64,000 nucleotides of DNA from Vicugna vicugna (taxonomy: Eukaryota), in contig MU058337.1 in NCBI GenBank assembly GCA_013265495.1, positions 1,728,777-1,792,776 on the forward strand, written 5' to 3'. Both the position numbers and the translations under genes were made by a program. Below, in pieces: positions 25,381 to 37,799 of the stretch. The notes under the pieces are model-generated. The model worked only from the letters and a program-made list of their open reading frames with translations, had not been told where the DNA came from and did not search any database. Position 1 is the stretch's first letter, and every line of letters starts with the position of its first letter.

Positions 25381-27420
25381 AGAAACTATTTCAGAATGAA
25401 GCTTCTCTGAGTGGCATCACTGAAGAACACTTACAAACTAAGAAACATCCAAATAAGAGTGAAGAAGTTGGTAGTCATCTGGAAACCATGACATAAGAGA
25501 AAAAGTTGAAATTACTAAAGTTAATTAAGATAATGGAAAGAGTCACTTAGTACAATAACTTCCTTCCAGTAGAGTGACAGGAGAGCTGTCACACATAAGG
25601 CTGGACATAGTCTGTAGAGTCAAAGGGTGGGTAACGGATGAAAGTTGAAGAAGGTGACTTTGACCTATGGGAGGCCAGCGTTGGAGTTTGCCTGGTGGTG
25701 GAGTGAGGAGTGAGTTGATCCTTGGAAGTGACAGAGATGTTTGCTTTGCAAGGACACTGAAGAGCAGATTGCTGTATTAGGTAGAGTTGGGGCTGGATGG
25801 TCTCTGATCCATGTTTCAATTCTGAGATTACATAAAGGTCAACTCATAACACTTCAGTATGAAGTTTACCAGTCCTCCTCCTGGTGATGGGGGACACTAG
25901 ACAATGTGAAAACACTGAGGGGCTGAAAATGTGGAAGTCTTAAAGACACTTTGCCCATTTAACAGTTTCACTCACGATTGGCTTATATTTACATTTTTCA
26001 TCACAGGAGAGCATGAAAATTTCAGTAGTTGATTTTCTCAGAAATTCTGTTTCTGAATTTGAAGAAAACTACATTTGAGTGTTTGTAAAATCTAATGTTA
26101 TTTTTAATGGATTTGGGAGTTCTCCTGACTAGATATTTAATGGGTTACAAAGAACCTGGTGGGAGTTTTTCCAAGATGTAATGGGTGTAATTGAGTTGTG
26201 ACAGGCTATCAGAAAGGACTCAAAATACAGGTAGTTCATTGCAAATGAGATGAATTTTCCCCATGAATGCTGAATCAGTAGTGCTGGTATTAATAAATTG
26301 TGTTTGGATATATGTTAGAAAATGCATTGTAATTGTTTCTTAAGTGGATGTTATGCTCACAATGTTTTAAAAAGGCTAAAAGAGTGACACCCTGGAAAAT
26401 ACTTAAGAAGTCTTGGCAAGAATTCAGGATTAATTAAGCTGTAGGGACTGCATAATTTGGAAGCATGGTTTTATTAGACTAAGAAAACTAGTCAGACCCT
26501 TCTCTGGAAGTTCAGTGGATGGTGGGGCACACATTAACTCTCAAGACACTTATCATTTATTTGTTAATTTCACAAACACTTTTAACTCGTATGCCTTGAT
26601 TCATCAACTCTAGGCACATACACATATGGCCACATACACACCTTTTTTCCTCCAGATATCCTCTTGAGCTGCCAGTGTCTTCCCTGTGCAGAGGTTTCCA
26701 GAGCAATAAATCATTCTCACTTCAAGACAGATGTCAGCAACTACCATTTATATTTTCCCGAGACTGAGTGTCCTTTTGGGGATTGGCCTGTCTTTTCAGG
26801 GCACTTCCATCCATCACTTCAGGGAAACCATTGCTGGTCCAGGCTCCTGCACTAGCCAGTTGGTACCCCTCAGTGAGGCTCCAGATATAATCACTCAACA
26901 CTTAGCTTTTCCACTGAATGTGAACCACCGACATTGACAAACGTGGGTTATTACATTCCAGCGCCCTTATTGCCTTTCTTTGTCAGTGAGAGAGAATCTT
27001 GATCGAGGCTACCCTGGTCTACACCACCTGCTCACACATACTTCAGTTATCAAAGGATGGGTGTTGGGAGGGGCCCTGAGCCCATTCCATAAAGAGGTGA
27101 TCCATTCCTTTCTTAGTGGTGAGTTTTGTCATCAATTGATGTAAAGCTTGATTAGTGAATAAGAGGTCTACTGTGCCCTATTCCCCCACCTATACTTACA
27201 CAGTAATACTTATGCAATACACAAAATATACAGGCATGTATATAAATATCCGCCAAAGAGGAGACCATTCAAGTGTACTTTTCAGAAGTAAAAAGTTATC
27301 TTCAAGGTGACCATAGGTCTCCCTACGTATAGCATAGAAGAGACTGGCATGTATTTAAGTAGCTTCTTCAAAGGACTGCCCAATTAAGTTTAATCTTAAA
27401 TATTATCCATGTATGGAGCC

Positions 27421-27646
27421 AATAATAATGTCATTAAGCATCTGTTGAGTACTCACTGTCTGGTAGGCTCTATAATAAGTATTTTACATACAGTAACGCC
27501 TTGCACAGATTTGCTGTAGATGCTCCTATCCCCACGGGGCAGACGGGAAACAGATTCACAGAGGTTAAAAGCCACAGCTAGCGTCAGAGTCAGGAATTGG
27601 AATGAGGCTGCGGGACTTCATCCCCAAGCCTTTAACCACCGTGTTG
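27421..27646 (-). mobile_element. MIR SINE
   Basis: tgttgagtactcactgt, cagacgggaaacagattcacagaggttaa, ccacagctag and cctttaaccac are collinear with antisense MIR. Confidence 0.7.
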
Positions 27647-27799
27647 GGTAGACCATTACGCCCTTTCCGCCTTGATTGTCCCGCTGGTGAGCTTTTAATG
27701 TCGTTGGCCTCACACATAATTTAACTTTTATAAAAGGGCACAAAGTGATGCCTTTTCAAAGTCTTTGTGTGCATGGAAGTGTCTCTCTGTTGATTCCAC

Positions 27800-28425
27800 A
27801 CATGGAAGGCGACTTGGCGTGTGAAAAACCGGCAGGCCTCAGCCTCTCTTCCCGAGAGATCCAGCTGCTATCCTGGCAGCCGTGGTCCAGGACTCACGAT
27901 AGCTTCCATACTTGTATGTGTGCAGTTGTGTTGCCTCCACCTCCAGCTGTGCCCGATGCTTGTGGGAATTTTTTTTTTCTCTTTGTCATTATTTAATTTT
28001 TTTTTTTTTTTTGGCCAGGCTATATTTGGATGTCAAGAGCTTTTTCTTGGTTTTTACCTGCAAAACAGTGAATCCCTTCAACCCATCGTTGCAGATCTTT
28101 TTAGCTCAAGAAATTTTCCCTCTTGATTTTCCTTTCCTTTTCATTAAAAAAATTCTGGAATATGAATTGGTGTCACATCTCTGTTCTTCCTTTTGCAGGG
28201 CTCCTTTTCTCTCTCGTGATTTCCATCTGTCATTTTCCCCTTCATCCTGGGGCAGCTTTTCAAGCTTGTCTTCCACGCCCCTGGCTCCATGCTCTTCGGT
28301 GTGAATTCTGCTCTTCTCTGTCTCCTACTTGGGTTTTTGATCTGATACGTTCCTCTTAATCGGCTGGCAATTTTCTCTTTCCTCATTTATCCTTCTTCTC
28401 TCTCCAGCCTGCTGTTTTCACCTAA
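27800..28425 (-). mobile_element. Decayed HAL1/old L1M ORF1p-coding fragment
   Basis: Frameshift-joined translation SRIHTEEHGARGVEDKLEKLPQDEGEND...ENFLELK...VEGIHCFAGKNQEK..TSKYSLAK..LNNDKEKKKFPQAS aligns with recalled ORF1p motifs ENFPELKKDL..IERAHRVPGK..EK..TPRHILVK..KEKILQAS. Contains stops and frameshifts. Confidence 0.7.
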
Positions 28426-28559
28426 GTTTATTCTCTCTGTAGCATTTTCTGTCCTGTATTTTCCAGTAGCCATAGGCAGATTGCTGTAGAAAGACAGTGG
28501 TGGTGGGGGTTATGGTGAGACGGGTACAGCATTTGGGTCCCTTCAAAAAACCCCATCTC

Positions 28560-28701
28560 GGTGGGTGGATATAGCTCAGTGGTGGAGCACATGCTTAGCA
28601 TGCACGAGGTCCTGGGTTCAATTCCCAGTACCTCCACTAAAAAAAATAAATCAAAAGTAAATAAATATGTGTCTTTAAAACAAACAAATAACATTATAAA
28701 C
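28560..28701 (+). mobile_element. Vic-1-type tRNA-Ala-derived SINE (Camelidae)
   Basis: A box TAGCTCAGTGG, Ala(AGC)-like arm atgcttagcatgcac, B box GGTTCAATTCC, A-rich tail. 14-bp TSD with 2 mismatches: aaaaaccccatctc (28546-28559) and aaaaatcccttctc (28702-28715). Confidence 0.93.
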
Positions 28702-28749
28702 AAAAATCCCTTCTCAACAAGAGGAGAGGTTCAGCATACTCCCACCCTG

Positions 28750-28890
28750 GATATTTTTGAGGCTTAGGACAAGACAAAAATGTGGAGACCCACATACTGC
28801 ATGTCTCAACTTTTAACAGGTGTGAACCAGACTTCTAAAATGTTAAAAAATGATGTATTCTCCCGTCTTGACAAATACACCTTCATAATG
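28750..28890. mobile_element. Probable ancient eutherian hAT-Tip100-type non-autonomous DNA transposon fragment (family not assigned)
   Basis: gaggcttaggacaaga...ggagacccacatactgcatgtc...cttgacaaatacaccttcataatg matches a recalled mammalian repeat. Recall only, no search run. Confidence 0.4.
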
Positions 28891-31800
28891 TCAAAACTGA
28901 GAAACACATCCAAAGTTGTGGTTTCTGTATGAATGAATGTTGGCAAAATGTGACTGAATTTCATGATCATTACATGACAAGGAGTCCCACCGACAGGTGT
29001 CCCAGTGCTGTTTACTTAGTATAAATAAAAGAATGTGTACCTTATAAATCCCATAAAACTGCTCTTGCTTTAAATTAATCAGAATCACTCACTGTTTTAT
29101 AGTGAAGATTTTCACAAAATTCTTGTTCTTTTTTAGAGTCATGACCTAAAGAAACAAGTAACTGTGTGCAGAATGTTCCAAATCTGAATATATTTTGCTC
29201 AAAATGTGAATTTTACAAGTTGAAAAAATTTCGAGTATTTATATTTTTTCAAAAAGCTGCTCTTTCTAAAAATTCAAAATTATCCATTCAATAAAATATA
29301 AGTGGTGAATATAAAACATTTAAATATAATTACTTAAAGAAAACTGAACTTTGAAAAAATGTAATTTTTGGAAAACTTACGTTTAATTTTTCAAAAATTT
29401 AGAGACACAACTTTTAAATAGTTTAGTATCCTGTGATGCATCTCCATCACCATGTTCAAGGGTAGGGTGTAAAAGACAAACAAGGAAGTGAATGGCAGTC
29501 TCCAATCAGGACGCAGCACTTCATCATATGGGCAAGAATCCACTGCAGTCATAAGCCATCTCAGAGGAAGAAATCCACGCGGAATTCATTTGGTTTTTTC
29601 TTTACCTGAGTGCCCTGCTGTTGATCCTCTCTGCACCTCCAGCCTTTGCCCGTCCTGGATGAGAGCAGAGATGTACCTAGCAAACCGATACAGCGTTCAA
29701 GCAAAACTGAGTTCTGTTTCAGGGATGTCCGTAGGGCAGGAGCTGTGAGGGAGTGCTTCCAGGGAGCAGGAGTGGTGTGATTCACGGGCAAGTCCCCAGC
29801 AAGGAGCCACCCACGTGTGTGAAGATATAAACCATTTCAGCGTGTGTGTTTGTGATACGCGGAGCCCAGGCAGGCTCTCAGGACCACTCCCATTGTCCTT
29901 GGCTGCTGGAGTGAGCCTCTGAATTAGGCAGCAGACATCAGAGCTGGGAAGTGTCTCCCTACCTATGTGGAGATTCTCTGCGCCCTGGGTATCATTACTG
30001 TGCCAGGGAAGGAACAAACACTTGATGGAAACACAGGGAATAGACCTCGAACATTTGTTATGCTGTTTATTTAGAAGCTCTTTACAGACTCCATGGTTTT
30101 TTCTTTTTCCCGACCAAAAATATAAAAACTGATTTGTAACCTCTTCAGCAAAAATGGCTACAGGTCTAACGTCTCATCTATACTCTTCTGGAATGAAGAT
30201 TCACAAAAGCCTCACTTTCTGATTGTCTTATATTTAAATTACTTTCTTACTGCCAGTCACCAACCTTCAGATGCTGCTTTAATGATGAAAAATAGCAGTA
30301 AATTGCTCCATGGATGTATTAAACAGCATTTAGAGAATTAAAAAAAAGTCAGCTTGCCTTGTTAGACTCAAACATGAGCTGGTGCAAGTCCTGGGAGAAT
30401 AGCTCTATTTTGAGGATAGTGACGAATGTGAAATGATCACAGGTTTCAGTTTGTGCTGGTTTTATGTGTATATTTTGCAGTTGACAGGTTCTTATCCGTA
30501 TATGGAATGTACCACAGAAGTCTCTTTTAGCTATTGTTTCGTGCAAATGATGGCAGGCAATGAATTTCTTAAGGGGTAATCTTCTTTATGCAGAATATGC
30601 CATCCAGTCACTGACTGTAGTCTGCATGTCCACTGCAGACAGAAAGCCAGGGTCTCATGGTCCATAACCCATCCCTGGAGAGATTTTAATAATAAGGACG
30701 CAGTTATCAAAATGCTTAAAAATTCCGGAACATCATTTTATGAAGCACCCACACTGAAGATCTTCAGAAGATCTACTTTATGTACTCTGTTGGGGGGGGG
30801 GCTAACAAGAAAAAACCTCAGAACTTTGCTAAGTGCTCAGTACTGTTCCCTTTGTTCCTTCTCGTTTTTCTCTACCTACTTATTAACCATCTTAGAATTT
30901 AAAAGAGATACTTGTGATGTTCATAGTGGGAGAAAAAAGACAGAGAAAAAGATCATTAGACTAGTAAATATTTTTAAAAAAAACAACCTTCATTTTGAAA
31001 CAAGAAAGCAAATTCGACTAGTTTCCTTGAGCACTTGATGGATGAAATGGTTTGGCCGTCTCAGCAGGCTTCCATAATTCATGAAATGGACTCTCATGAT
31101 TGATTTTCCTGATTGGAAACTGATCTAATTTTACTGTTCACTTATGTTATAATGTAGGACTTTTCTAAGGCAAATCACCCTCGTGTTTAATTCCTCCTGT
31201 TTGCGATGACTCCTTCACACAGATTTTGGGGGCTGTTTTTTGGTATCACTTTCTTTTTCAAGGAGTGTGCTGTATAATCACTGAGCTCCTCTATAATTAC
31301 ACGGCAAAGACGATGTAAATACGTAATTATGTTCATGCAGATTACTTGATAATTATACTTCCAGTTACCAAGTAATGAACGGAATAATCATCATGCAACT
31401 TGCAGCTCTCAGACTTTCAGCTTGGTCTTTGTTTTAGAAGAGGAGAGAACTAGGTAATTACTCCATGGTTACATGGCACTTACGTTGTCAAGAGTCATGT
31501 ATTTACGTTGCTACTACATGGTTATTTTTTACCTTGTAAAATAAAGTGGGGCTGCCTTTGAAAGAAGTCCTTTCCTCCTCTTTTCGACAGGAATTCCACG
31601 TCTCAGGCTGGTGAATAGCAGAGCGGAGCCTCTCTTTTGTACGTGCCTTAGTACCCGGGGCGGCGCAGAAGCAGAACCAGAGAGGTCTCTGAACTTATCC
31701 TTCCCAGGATGAAAGTAAAAAGAGAGGGGAAAAAAACCCTGTATGTCAGGTGGCATCAGTGAAACATGAAACACATAGTTATTAATCCTCGATCCGGGAG

Positions 31801-31989
31801 ACTCATTCCCTAGCCAACAATGAGTTTCCATTTGCCAGCTTAGCCTATTCACAGTACCATTTACCCAGGCGTTCCTCTCTCTCGAGTCTATTTCCCCGTC
31901 ATTTCAAGAACCAGCTCTCCCGTCTCTCCTCAGATGCATCATTTCCAACCCCTCTGTGTGCGTCCTGTGCTTCTTTCTCTAACCCTGAG

Positions 31990-32170
31990 CACCTGCCTTC
32001 AGGTTAGCGCTGCCTGTGTTTTATTGTAGGAAGTCTTTACTCAGTGTCCTGAATAAAAGTCTATCCATGCCTCTGTGATTGATTGCTCTCCATCCTATCT
32101 CCAGAGTCCAGCACAGAACAGAGGTGTAACTAGTTTATGAATATATTTATAATAAATAAATAATAGATGT
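31990..32170 (+). mobile_element. L2 3' end fragment
   Basis: tatctccagagtccagcacagaacagaggt...tttatgaatatatttataataaataaat resembles the L2 terminus. Confidence 0.4.
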
Positions 32171-33049
32171 ACAGACAGAAAAGAATAGATGTATCATCCA
32201 GTAGATGCACATAACCAACGAATGCTCAAACCATTATCATTTGCATGGATCCAATGATGAACATTTGTCACAATTTCAGTAGTTAACTTAAAAGTTTTTT
32301 CCCCCCACCCATGGCATGCTTTGTCTTTGACAAAGCTTTGGGAGCTTAATGAAGTTTCAAACAAAAATACAAGAAATTGGATCCATGCGTTCATATCATC
32401 GATCTGACGTTTTCTTAACACATATCATATTCAGTGCACTGCAATTCAGCCCAGAGGACATTCAGAGATAAGTAAGCAAACTTCTACCTTTAATAACGGA
32501 ACTCCCCATTCATGAGGGGAAGGAAGAGCATCCGTGTGTAAGTGGACACGGCAGACACAAAGCAGAAGAAACTAAGAACTAAAACACGAGGGAGCAGGAC
32601 CGGGAATACTGCTTTCCTTGTGATTTCACCTCATCGTCTGTTTCACTGGCTACTTTACTCTTCTGGAGCAAATTGGCATCTCAGCTCAAATAAATCAGCC
32701 TTTCATTTTGCGTGACCCATATGTTGAAAATTTAGAATTCATTTTGCTAATTCCCCAGATTACCAACCATACTATGTATTGTGTTTCTGTGTTAGCAAGC
32801 ATTAAGTGAAACAGCCATTTCTTTTTTTGCTCTTCAGGGAATGTGAGCTTCTTAAAAAAAAAAAAAAAGCTCTCTACAGATTTTGAAGGATGACTGTATA
32901 ATATAAGAATTTGATGACCATTTGGAATCTCTATGAACCTTGCTAGAATCTTTTCACTGAGATTTTAAACTCAGATTCATTAATGGCATCTATAGATGTC
33001 AAATGATTTCTATTATTTCATATTTAAAATGATCAAATAAGAAATAAAC

Positions 33050-33650
33050 TAAGGCCAAGAATTTGCGCATGAATCAAAAAAAGAAAAAATTCCAAGTAGG
33101 CAGGAGAAATTAGTATATACAATTTACATTTAAATAATTAGGGAAAAACAGCCACCAGGAAAGGGTTACAACTAGACCTCTACATCACTTATTATAGCAA
33201 TAAAAATTCACAAAGTCCTGAATATTGAATGTAAAAAGTAAAAATATAAAATAGCTGAAAGAAAATATGTGAAGGCATTAACATTAGAGGTGAGAAGCCC
33301 TATTATCTATAACCATAATAGAGAAATACATTGGATTACGTAAATACTAAAAGTTTATTCATAGCATAAGATGAATTAATTTTCTCCATATATAAAAGGC
33401 TTGTAATTCAGTAAAAAGATGGACAATATGAAGGGTCAAATAAATTAGTTCACAGAGAAAAGAAAAAAACACACCAAACAAGTGCTGAACTGCAGAAACG
33501 CTTTAAAGCCAGCTCAAGAAATACAAACTACAGCGTTGGATTGGATCACACGCTTTATGGATGATGCCGACGAGCGTGCGGAGGGCCCAGTCACTCCTGA
33601 GCACTGCTTTTGGAGTGTATTCTGATTGGAATGATTCTCACAACAGGCCG
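33050..33650 (+). mobile_element. Old L1 (L1ME-like) ORF2 3' region, highly diverged
   Basis: A-rich, with aattagggaaaaa, actagacctctacatcac, gaatgtaaaaagtaaaaatataaaatagctgaaagaaaatat and aagaaatacaaactaca resembling the late ORF2 region. Confidence 0.6.
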
Positions 33651-34022
33651 GCCTCAGAGCAGTGAGACTTCTTACGTGGCCTCTAGTTTCCAGGGAGAAG
33701 CAGCAGCTCGTTCCCTCAAAAGCTTCAGCCTAGAAGAGATCTGGTGACCTTCTGCCGTATTTAATTGGTTAAAGCAGGGACAGGACCAGCCCAGACTCAA
33801 GAGGATGGAGAAGCAGGCTCCCCCTGCACCTGGGAGGGTAGCAAGGAATTTGGAGCCGTCTTTCATCCTCTTTCTCTCCCTCTCCACAGAAGCATATTTA
33901 TATTTATATTAGTTCTATTTAACATCTTTAGCAATGACTACCTTTGGTCAAAGAGACTAGGAAACTATTTGAGATTAAAGGGACACTTGGTTTTCACTTT
34001 ATTCCCTTTTCCATTCTTTGAA

Positions 34023-34111
34023 TCTATATAAATATATTTTATACTTATATATATATTTTATAAATATATAAATATTTAAATATATTAAATATATAAATAT
34101 ATTTATAATAT
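34023..34111. repeat. AT-only low-complexity (TAAATATA-like) tract
   Basis: 34045-34111 contains no G or C. Confidence 0.9.
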
Positions 34112-34139
34112 GCATGCTTTATATTGTTAATTTTTTAAA

Positions 34140-34245
34140 AAGAGAATTTAATCTCTGTGTGCTGATATGGAAACATCTTCAAGATGCATTATAAGGTTTA
34201 AAAAAAGCAAAATGCAGAACAATGTATATAGAATTCTTGGGTTTA
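34140..34245 (+). mobile_element. L1ME-like 3' UTR fragment
   Basis: ctgtgtgctgatatggaaacatcttcaagatgcattataagg...aaaaagcaaaatgcagaacaatgtatata matches the recalled old L1 3' UTR. Confidence 0.55.
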
Positions 34246-34276
34246 ACCAGATACGGATGCTGGCACCTCATTTGCC

Positions 34277-34296
34277 TGTGTGTGTGTGTGTGTGTG
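34277..34296. repeat. (TG)10 microsatellite
   Basis: Read directly. Confidence 0.95.
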
Positions 34297-34309
34297 TAAG
34301 CCCTGTAAC

Positions 34310-34910
34310 CGTGTAACACGCTGCGAACACGCACACACACAAGCAAAGACCCCCAGCAAGGCTGTGTGGGAGACTCTGTATGAGAAAGAGCAAGGTAGGC
34401 TCAGTTGAAAGCATCCCCGACACGCAGGCGGCGGGTTAAGCCCTCGCCGCCCGGTTGTGGAGATTTCCATCAGACGCCCGCTGTGCTGCGGAGATCAAGG
34501 GCCTTTGTCGCCGGCGCTGTGCCGCTGTGTGCGCGCGGCGGAGGCCGGCAAGAGCGCAGACCGCGGGCCGCGCCCCCGGAGCGCAAGGACGCAACACACA
34601 GGTGCACTCGGGCACTTCTCGCAAAACCCGCAAGCCTCTTGTCTCCATTACCGGGCAGGTAGACTTCTGTCTTAAAGTCAATTCTCCTGTCTGCTTCTGG
34701 CTTAAGAAGTGAACTCAGGTCTCTACCAGATTCCTGAGAAATCCAGGTTGTAAAACCCAGTGACGAGCAAGGCCTTCTCGTCGCAGTGACTCTACGCCCT
34801 CGGCTGCGCGATGGGCCATGAGGAGAATCTGACTGGCTGACCTGTCCGGCGGGTCCTCTCACCTTCGTCCTCGGTGGTCCCGGATGCCAGGCAGTATCTT
34901 TGAGACGTAC
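34310..34910. promoter_or_regulatory. CpG island (orphan promoter or enhancer candidate)
   Basis: About 31 CpG counted in 34418-34653 and roughly a dozen more in 34760-34910, with GC-box-like ccgcgccccc and ggcggcggg. Far above the local background. Confidence 0.65.
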
Positions 34911-37654
34911 TTTGTCTTAGATGAAAGACGAAAGATGGAGATGCCATCTCTCCCATCGTTGTAAAGCTCTGGTCCTTCTCTAGGACCAGTGGAAATCCTC
35001 TTAAATGCTTAGTTTCAGCCTGAGAAAGGGAAAAAATCCAAATGTTGGCAACTCTTCTCTGCGTTTTCTGCCATTGAAGGACTCAACAGTTCTGTGACGA
35101 CCTAGAGATTTCAAGATCCAGTCCCCACTCCTCTCACCGTCTTATAGTCTTCCTCTTATCTCTTCCTCCGTTGTGACTCTTGCCGAGACAGCTCCCAAGG
35201 TTCAGGTGGAGCCTTCACATACTGGGAAATGAGAGAGCAGGGGTCTCCTTCCACTGAAGAGAGCTCCAGGCAAAAGACCCCAGATTCTTAGAGCTTCTCC
35301 TAACAGATGGCAGAAGATGGAATATGTAATTGACAGTTTCATGAAATTCTTTCCTTTGCCTATTCAAATGCTTCAGATCGCTGAACTGTTCAATAAATAC
35401 TGATGAGTGAGCTATGAGTATCCCAAGATGCTACAGAGCCTTAGCAAAGGTCAAGTATCCTAGAATGTCAATGCCTAAATGCCTAACTAGGGATCTATCA
35501 TGGGCCACAGAGAAGTCAGAAGTCTTCTGTGACAATGTGCAAAAGTGAGCATTGGTGACTGTACATCGCTTTTTGGAAAAAGAATTGATAACTTTTGTTG
35601 ACTTCTTAAAGGGGACACTGGCCCCAAAATAGGTTAAGAGCATTCTTCTCTTAAGTATTTTATGCTTCATAATTATTTTGACAACTGGAATATGGCTGAA
35701 CAGTGCAGTGACTTCTGTCTCAGAGGAAGTGTTATTTTGTTTCTTTTATGAATGGAACAGCCAAGCATCAGAGTTTGAGTAACATGGGTAAGATCAATAG
35801 TTGGAATTTGGGCAACATCCTGCATGAGGACAGATGTTATTATGAAGAAATGATCATTGGAAAATACTACCCAACTTAACATTGATTTCACTGTTTTGAG
35901 TGTGTTTAGGAGGGTGTTAAATTGTTCCAATTCCCAGGCCATTAATTCATCAGGGCTGGAGGAGACCGCAAGGTGCCTCAGGACATGAGAATGGTGATCC
36001 CTCTTCTCCTCGGTGCCTCCAAGCCGCTCTGCAGTCTTGCGCAATCACCTGACTTTGCTGTGTTCTTCTCTCGGGTGGCGTTGTTGGGTTTGCAGGTGAC
36101 CCTTCTGTTTGGACAACCTCTGTACCCAATTGAATCCTTGGCTGCCAGTGAGCTCTGACTTCTAATTCTTCTTTCTCTGTTTTGACAGACAAATCTGATA
36201 TCCGGCAAGTAGATTAGGAATAGAAGTTTATCGGCAATTCTAACATCACTCCTTAGAACTCCAGTTTTTATAGCCTTGTTTTATCTCAAGTAATGTAAAG
36301 TTCTTTCAAAAGTTTTCTCTTTCCTCCAGATCCTCCGTCCTTGTGAGGATTTTTGGAAATGTAATCCAAAATTAAGCTGCTGTTTTTGAAAGTGTTTAAT
36401 GTCATTATTGAAAACTTCTGTTCAATGAGTAACTTCTGAATATCTTAATATGGGGAAGCAAGATACATGATCATTTTCCATTCTTCCGGGCCTTAGTTTG
36501 TCCTGGTGAAACTAGGAAAATAAAATATTGCTAAAATACAGAGCCTTTTGACCAAAAGTTTATAGATTTACTGTAGAATGAAAGTAAATCTGAAATAAAC
36601 TTGGTTGTATGCATTTCTTCAGCTTTCACACAAAGTCTTCGTCCTTTCCGCTTGCCTCCCCACCACGTGTCTCTGTTGGGTCAGTGCTGCCTGTTTGTTG
36701 ATTTCTGCTGTGTTATTTGGCATGAGTGGTGGGTCTTCTCTGCTGTTCTATTTCCCTGAACTAAAAGCATCCTCAGAAGAGCCTTGCCCTCAGCCCTTAT
36801 CACTTGGCAAGAGGTCGAAAGGTTGTGAGCCTCCCAGTGGCCTGCCTGCCATAAATTTCTGGTGCGTCATCAGCACATTTTACACCATCGGCAAGACCCT
36901 TCATGAGCAGTGCGATACAGCCGAGGGGCAGCGCTGCAAGTCCCGGGTGACGCCTTAAAAAGAGGCAGTCCTGGGTGTGTAAGTTCCTGAAAGTTGGCTG
37001 GGCTTTTTATTTTTGCAACAATAGTGGGAAGGTGATGGGGCGAGTTTTTTTGCATTTTACATTTTTAAACCCTTTATATAAAGAAATTACATAGGAATAA
37101 AATGACCCTTCTGGACAAACATATTAAGATTAGAATTAAATGAGACTCAATGAGGTAATGCAGTAAAAGTGCTTTGAAAACTTTTAAAAATTGAATTATA
37201 GTTATTTACAATGTTGTATTAGTTTCTAGTGTATAGCATAGTGATTCAGTTATAGTGATTCAGTATATATATATATATATACACACACACACATATATAT
37301 ACTTTTTATATTCTTTTTATTATAGAGTATTACAAAGTATTGAATACAGTTCCCTGTGCTACACAGTAGGACCTTGCTGTTTATCTATTTTATACATAGC
37401 AGTTTGTATCTGTTAATCCCAAACTCCCAGTTTACCCCTCCTCTTCTTTCCTCCTTGGTAATGATGTTTGTTTTCTATGTCTGTGAGTCAGTTTCTGTTG
37501 TGTAAATAAGTTCATTTGTCTCAGTTTTCTTTAGATTCCGCATATAAATGATATCATATGGTATTTGTATTTCTCTGTCTGCTTACTTCACTTAGTATGA
37601 TAATCTCTAGGTCCATCCATATTGCTGCAAATGGCATTATTTCATTCTTTTTTT

Positions 37655-37799
37655 NNNNNNNNNNNNNNNNNNNNNNNNNNNNNNNNNNNNNNNNNNNNNN
37701 NNNNNNNNNNNNNNNNNNNNNNNNNNNNNNNNNNNNNNNNNNNNNNNNNNNNNNNNNNNNNNNNNNNNNNNNNNNNNNNNNNNNNNNNNNNNNNNNNNN
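37655..37799. other. Assembly gap (145 N) inside L1
   Basis: Run of N. Confidence 0.99.

Noticed and set aside
25470-25560. Tigger/pogo N-terminal HTH-like translation (EKVELLKLI..NGKS)
   Set aside because: Too short, needs frameshifts, and no terminal inverted repeats were found; needs a Dfam search.
28560-28640. tRNA-Ala(AGC) gene
   Set aside because: A/B boxes and anticodon arm are present, but the acceptor stem is mismatched and an A-rich tail and TSD follow, so it is a SINE.
29100-29460. Very AT-rich segment with A/T runs, possibly a DNA transposon remnant
   Set aside because: No terminal repeats or consensus match that I can support.
34405-34862. Overlapping Arg/Ala/Pro-rich ORFs on both strands
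   Set aside because: Expected by-product of stop-poor GC-rich sequence; no recognisable domain.
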